From contig OZ220744.1 in NCBI GenBank assembly GCA_965116925.1, positions 1,728,001 through 1,792,000 of the forward strand: 64,000 nt of DNA. Reading direction: 5' to 3'. This document shows positions 59,546 to 64,000 of this stretch, in pieces. This DNA is from Candidatus Poribacteria bacterium. Lineage in GTDB: Bacteria; Poribacteria; WGA-4E; PCPOR2b. A model generated the notes under the pieces. That model made no database searches. It saw only the letters and a list, made by a program, of their open reading frames with translations, and had not been told where the DNA came from. A program made the translations under genes and the position numbers. The number at the start of each line of letters is the position of its first letter. Within the stretch, counting starts at the first letter, position 1.

Positions 59546-59550
59546 ACATA

Positions 59551-59733
59551 ACACAAGTTGCTAGTTGAATATCCATGGGATTTCTGTTAGAGTATTTGTT
59601 AGTCAAACAGAACTCATAAATAGAAGACTCTCATAGACTTAATCATCGTAGCATTTTATATGCTTTGTGCCGATCTTTTAATTCTAAACCGGCATACACA
59701 TCGCTATATAGAATCGCACATAGCAACTTAGGT
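59551..59733. mobile_element. Non-autonomous derivative of an IS982-like element
   Basis: Ends ACACAAGTTGCTA / TAGCAACTTAGGT; first ~38 bp resemble the IS982 end at 22534. Confidence 0.75.
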
Positions 59734-59772
59734 TATGCTAATTCAACAAGAGTGTAGGAGATTTTCATCAAC

Positions 59773-61263
59773 TTATGAATTTACCTTTGCCCCTTCCGAT
59801 GGGAAGAATTTCTGGATTACGGTTGGAGCTAGTGGTTTGCTTATCAGCGAACCGATGACCATCGCTACGACAGAGCCAGCGAGAATCACCGCTACAGGCA
59901 TGATTCCGGTGCCACCTACCGTGTAGCCGGGTGCCTGCCAACCCTGAATAAAGAAATATATCCATAACACCACAACGCTAATGACAGAAGCGAAAGCACC
60001 ATGTTTGGTACTGCGCTTCCAAAAGAGTGCAGCGATGACAATCGGGAAAAGCGAGGCGAATCCTGTAAAGGACCAGACTGCGAGTTTGAAGATACTCCGG
60101 TTAAGAACAAGCGAGAGCAGGTAGGTCAAGGAGAGTATCCCGCAGACAAAAAGTCGCCCAACCAAGACCTGCCCTTTTTCGCTCAATCCATCCTTTGCCG
60201 GATCAAAACGGACTCTGTAATGACGGATAATATCGTGCGTAAACATACTTCCGATGGAAAGCGATTGGGAATCGAGAGAAGACATAATCGCCGCAAAGAC
60301 ACCCGCACCCAGAAGTCCCGCGAGCACTCCGGGCGCATGACGCTCAATCATCTGAACCAAAACTGAATTGGCTTCAGGGCCCTTGAGTCCCGGCACATCC
60401 ACGCTTCCCAAAATTCCGAGTAGCACACTCGGAATCCATACAATCGCAACGCAGATCGGATACCACATCACGGGATACCGAAATGTCCCCGCGCTTTTTG
60501 CTGTGAGCCAGTGCATGAATATATGTGGAAACATCCCCACCGATAGCGGGATACACGTATAGGTCAGCAGCTCCAGTGGTCTGATGTGAGCCTTCTGAAT
60601 CAATAGATCTGGTTCCACCTGCGCCAAGCTAGCAGAGAGTCCGCCCATTTTATGCACAATAAAAAAAAACGTTGCCCCACCAAGCGTCATGAAAACAAGG
60701 GTTTGAAAGGTGTTTGCCCAAGCGGTCCCACGCACGCCACCGTAGCAGACATAAATGAGAACTACGACGCAAACTAGCAGTCCACCCAGCCACTGCGGAA
60801 TCTGCCCTTTCGTAATCTGATGCAAGGTGATGCCACCGCCCATCACGCCGATTAACAGGTACGGAATGATAAGCGCGACAAGGACAACAAACAGCAGCAG
60901 CCCGAACCCATTGCTGTTCCACCGTTCTCTGAAGTATTGTACCTGTGTGAAATAACCGTGCCGCTTCCCGATCGCCCATAGTCGGGTGCCAACAAAAAAG
61001 AAGACGCACGGAGCGACCAAAGCGGTCGAGGAAGCCATCAGGGCAAAAACGCCGATGCCTCGATGGTAGGCTTCACCGGAGGCACCAAGGATAGAGAAGG
61101 CAGTCATGTTCGTGCCAAAAAGGGACATCAGCAGCACGAATGGCCCAATAGTTCGGCTAGCGACGAAATAATCCTCACCGGTGCCGCGAAAGAATCTATG
61201 GCTCACAGTGCCAACAATCAGCACAAGCCCCAAATATGCAAAGATAACAACGATAACTATCAT
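59773..61263 (-). CDS. Sodium:solute symporter (SSS) family protein
   Basis: EDYFVASR, YGGVRGTAWAN, FAAIMSSLDSQ, ALFWKRST. Confidence 0.93.
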   Translation of the reverse strand: MIVIVVIFAYLGLVLIVGTVSHRFFRGTGEDYFVASRTIGPFVLLMSLFGTNMTAFSILGASGEAYHRGIGVFALMASSTALVAPCVFFFVGTRLWAIGKRHGYFTQVQYFRERWNSNGFGLLLFVVLVALIIPYLLIGVMGGGITLHQITKGQIPQWLGGLLVCVVVLIYVCYGGVRGTAWANTFQTLVFMTLGGATFFFIVHKMGGLSASLAQVEPDLLIQKAHIRPLELLTYTCIPLSVGMFPHIFMHWLTAKSAGTFRYPVMWYPICVAIVWIPSVLLGILGSVDVPGLKGPEANSVLVQMIERHAPGVLAGLLGAGVFAAIMSSLDSQSLSIGSMFTHDIIRHYRVRFDPAKDGLSEKGQVLVGRLFVCGILSLTYLLSLVLNRSIFKLAVWSFTGFASLFPIVIAALFWKRSTKHGAFASVISVVVLWIYFFIQGWQAPGYTVGGTGIMPVAVILAGSVVAMVIGSLISKPLAPTVIQKFFPSEGAKVNS

Positions 61264-61272
61264 TATAGGTCT

Positions 61273-61494
61273 CTACTCATCGGTATCTTCGTCTTGAAGA
61301 TGACGAGGCCAAGCATGGTTGATTATCAGTGTCATCAGTATGGCTGCTGCGACGCAGAATCCGATGTGATAGAGCAATCCAATAGGCAATCCCAGTGTTA
61401 CTTTTGAGCTGTTCCATAGCCAGAAATCATTGTGAAGTAAAAACAATGCGACAAGCCCAATATAAAGTATCCATCGGGAAAAGGTCTTATTCAT
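61273..61494 (-). CDS. Small 2-TM SSS accessory protein (DUF3311-like)
   Basis: LHNDFWLW..LGLPIGLLYH; directly upstream of the SSS gene. Confidence 0.85.
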   Translation of the reverse strand: MNKTFSRWILYIGLVALFLLHNDFWLWNSSKVTLGLPIGLLYHIGFCVAAAILMTLIINHAWPRHLQDEDTDE

Positions 61495-61513
61495 TTATTT
61501 ATACCCCCATGCT

Positions 61514-62326
61514 TTATGGAAAAGCAGCATTGATAATATCCAAAAGCTCGGCTTTCTCATCGTTACCGATTCCTTCAGATAGACGAGCGGCAGCAGCAGA
61601 GAGTTCCCAGCAAGCAATCGCTTTGCGCGAAGTTGACTGTATATGTGTGTAGTGTTCTAGATAAGCTTCACAGAACAGATGACGGATCTCAGTAACTTTT
61701 TGGCGGTGTCGCTCGTTCATGCTAGGCGGTAATTCGCTGAACCTAAGAAGTAAGGTTGTACGAGCGACATCAACCAACGGGGATCCTTGAGTGGCATCTA
61801 CCCAGTCAATGATAACAGGTTCGTCGGTCGTTAGCAAGATATTCTCTGGATGGAAGTCACCGTGGCAGATGGCATTGTCGTCCGGAAGTCGATCTAAATC
61901 GTTTAAGATGGCTGCTTTAGTCTCTATAGCTAATCCAGATACGCTTTGAATTGTGCGCTGTAACCGGCATCGCTGTAAAGGCAGCTTAGATGCTGTGCGT
62001 GCGTGTATATCAACTTGCAATTCCGCGAGGAGATGTGCGTATGGGATAAGTTTCTGAGGATGAGCGTTTATAGCTTCCAGCATGGTTACGCCATGCACCC
62101 TTTCAAAGACGACACCTTGACGGTTTTCAACAATGATGGTATCAATAACGGCGGGCGTGTTCAGGCCTGCGTCATACGCGATAGAAGCGCAGGCGGCTTC
62201 TTGTTCAGCTTCCCCCGGTGAAGCACCCTCATGGTACAGTTTAAGAATTTTATCCTCATCCCATGCGAAAATTTCGGCTGTTGCTCCTTCGGCAATCGGT
62301 GGGTACTTAATCGTAGATAAGACCAT
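61514..62326 (-). CDS. Aminoglycoside phosphotransferase / kinase-like protein
   Basis: IAEGATAEIF, CHGDFHPENI, IIDW. Confidence 0.88.
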   Translation of the reverse strand: MVLSTIKYPPIAEGATAEIFAWDEDKILKLYHEGASPGEAEQEAACASIAYDAGLNTPAVIDTIIVENRQGVVFERVHGVTMLEAINAHPQKLIPYAHLLAELQVDIHARTASKLPLQRCRLQRTIQSVSGLAIETKAAILNDLDRLPDDNAICHGDFHPENILLTTDEPVIIDWVDATQGSPLVDVARTTLLLRFSELPPSMNERHRQKVTEIRHLFCEAYLEHYTHIQSTSRKAIACWELSAAAARLSEGIGNDEKAELLDIINAAFP

Positions 62327-62365
62327 CTCTTTGTACAGTTTATACAGGGATCTCTAGATAAAGGA

Positions 62366-64000
62366 CTACTGGTATTCCAATAAGGATTTTCTTGAACGCC
62401 AGTTAAAATAACCGATAGCTGCAATGACAATAAATGCGATCAACTGTCCCCAGCCGGAATGGGTGAGGAAGAATACCGCAGCGGCAGCAAGCAATCCTGC
62501 TCTTTTCCAAAAATTAAGTGGTGAGAACCAGTAGCCTGAAACGCTTGCAGCCAATGATATAATTCCGAAGACAGCAATCAGGATACTTGCTGCGATAGCA
62601 AAAAAACCGGCGGTCCCACCATCTGGGGATAAAAGCAATAGTTCTGGCTTTAGGACGAAGGCGTAAGGCAGCGCGAATCCCACCAACGCAAATCGAAAGG
62701 CAGCGACCCCCGTCTGCATGATACCGGTGCCTGCAATAGCTGCGGCGGTGTACGCTGCCAAAGCGACCGGCGGTGTCACCATCGCCATCATGCCAAAATA
62801 AAATATGAAGAGATGAGCGGCAAGGGGAACTAATCCCAATTCGCTCAATACCGGTCCGACCAATGTCGCCATGAGCAGGTAACACACCGACGACGGTAAG
62901 CCCATACCAAGGATGATTGTCGAAATCATCAAGAGGGCAAGTGCTAAAATGCGGCTATTTTCTGCAAGCGGTAAAAGGGTTCCCGGTAGTTTCGCTCCAA
63001 TTCCTGTCAAAGTGACCACACCGAGAATTAACCCTACACACGAAGCCGCCGCAATCAGCGAAACACCTCCATGTGCTGCTTTTTCCATTGCTTCCACTAT
63101 TCGACGAATCCCGATCCAGATCTGTCTAGTGGAAATCAGGAGCGTCTGCCTAATTGGTATCCCGGTTGATGAAGCACACCTGTGGGTAACCTGTCTGAAA
63201 ATATCCCAAATCCCACGAATGCTTATCAAGATTAAGATGAAAAGCAAACTGAGACTGACCGCTCGAAACGGTGTATAACCAAGCAGCAAAAAGAGGATAA
63301 GCGTAACAAATGCTACTAAGAAAACGAACCCCTCTATCCCGGTTTTCGACTGAGGGATTTCGGCTATGCTTTCCTGGGGAACTTCGGCTGATGCACCTAC
63401 GCGTTTGGCGTGAAAGTGGACTATCAAGAGAAGCGCGGTATAGTAAAGGATCGCAGGGATTAGCGCAGCTTTGATGATTTGCAGATAGGTCACTGCTGGT
63501 TCAACAATTTCGAGCATCATATAGGCACCCGCACCCATAATCGGTGGGACCAAGGCACCCCCTGAACTTGCCGCGGCTTCGATACCTCCGGCAACTGTCG
63601 GTCTGAACCCGGAACTTCGCATCATCGGGATAGTGAAGGTCCCAGTGGTAGCGGTATTGGCGACAGCACTTCCCGAAAGCGAGCCCATCGCCCCGCTGCT
63701 GACGACGGCAACTTTGGCGGGACCTCCAACGCTCGAACGAAACAGACGCCTTGCAAGGTCAATAATATAGCCGGTGGCTCCCGTTTTCTCCAGCAATGCG
63801 CCAAACAGGACAAAGAGGAACACGTAGGTGAACATTACCTTCAAGGCAATGCCAAAGACCCCCTGACTGTGTAGGAAGGTCTGGCTGACAATCCGTTCCC
63901 ATGAATAACCTCTGTGCGGAAACAGCCAGTCGGGCATTGATTGACCGAAAGCCGCATACGCCAAGAAAGCAAGAGAGAGGATGCAAAGGGTCAAACCGAT
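62366..64000 (-). CDS. TRAP transporter fused permease (4TM/12TM), 5' end outside window
   Basis: GGPAKVAV, SGSAVAN, EAAASSGG, PPIMGAGAY, VTPPVALAAY. Confidence 0.93.
   Translation of the reverse strand: MGLTLCILSLAFLAYAAFGQSMPDWLFPHRGYSWERIVSQTFLHSQGVFGIALKVMFTYVFLFVLFGALLEKTGATGYIIDLARRLFRSSVGGPAKVAVVSSGAMGSLSGSAVANTATTGTFTIPMMRSSGFRPTVAGGIEAAASSGGALVPPIMGAGAYMMLEIVEPAVTYLQIIKAALIPAILYYTALLLIVHFHAKRVGASAEVPQESIAEIPQSKTGIEGFVFLVAFVTLILFLLLGYTPFRAVSLSLLFILILISIRGIWDIFRQVTHRCASSTGIPIRQTLLISTRQIWIGIRRIVEAMEKAAHGGVSLIAAASCVGLILGVVTLTGIGAKLPGTLLPLAENSRILALALLMISTIILGMGLPSSVCYLLMATLVGPVLSELGLVPLAAHLFIFYFGMMAMVTPPVALAAYTAAAIAGTGIMQTGVAAFRFALVGFALPYAFVLKPELLLLSPDGGTAGFFAIAASILIAVFGIISLAASVSGYWFSPLNFWKRAGLLAAAAVFFLTHSGWGQLIAFIVIAAIGYFNWRSRKSLLEYQ

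Noticed and set aside
61514..62326. Aminoglycoside resistance gene
   Set aside because: Only generic APH-fold motifs, in a transporter-operon context

Overview
Bacterial chromosomal window of about 50 CDS from a diderm organism (LolA, beta-barrels, lipoproteins). Gene and repeat content is reminiscent of Candidatus Poribacteria, but that is an inference. Housekeeping genes include lolA-pgsA-thpR-recA-rtcA, namZ-anmK, proA, dapL, pepP, a PduO-type adenosyltransferase, qor and several transporters and channels. Main points of interest: (1) A sigma54 module. A near-consensus -24/-12 promoter drives a beta-barrel, and possibly the DUF948-like, YtxH and CCC-transporter genes behind it. Divergent to it is an unusual enhancer-binding protein (AAA+, then an IS5-transposase-like HTH, then an FGE-sulfatase domain) that is cleanly split by an IS982 element. 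(2) A hidden selenoprotein: a CUAEP-tail radical SAM enzyme with an in-frame UGA and SECIS-like hairpin, downstream of a SufR-like regulator, an alternative sigma70 factor and NfuA. (3) A defence island with an Rpn nuclease carrying an intragenic small ORF, and an R-M system broken by IS3 with an apparent deletion. (4) A dense, partly nested set of MITEs, most with readable target-site duplications and carrying REP hairpins. No rRNA, tRNA or CRISPR array was seen. Family names come from motif recognition, not database searches.
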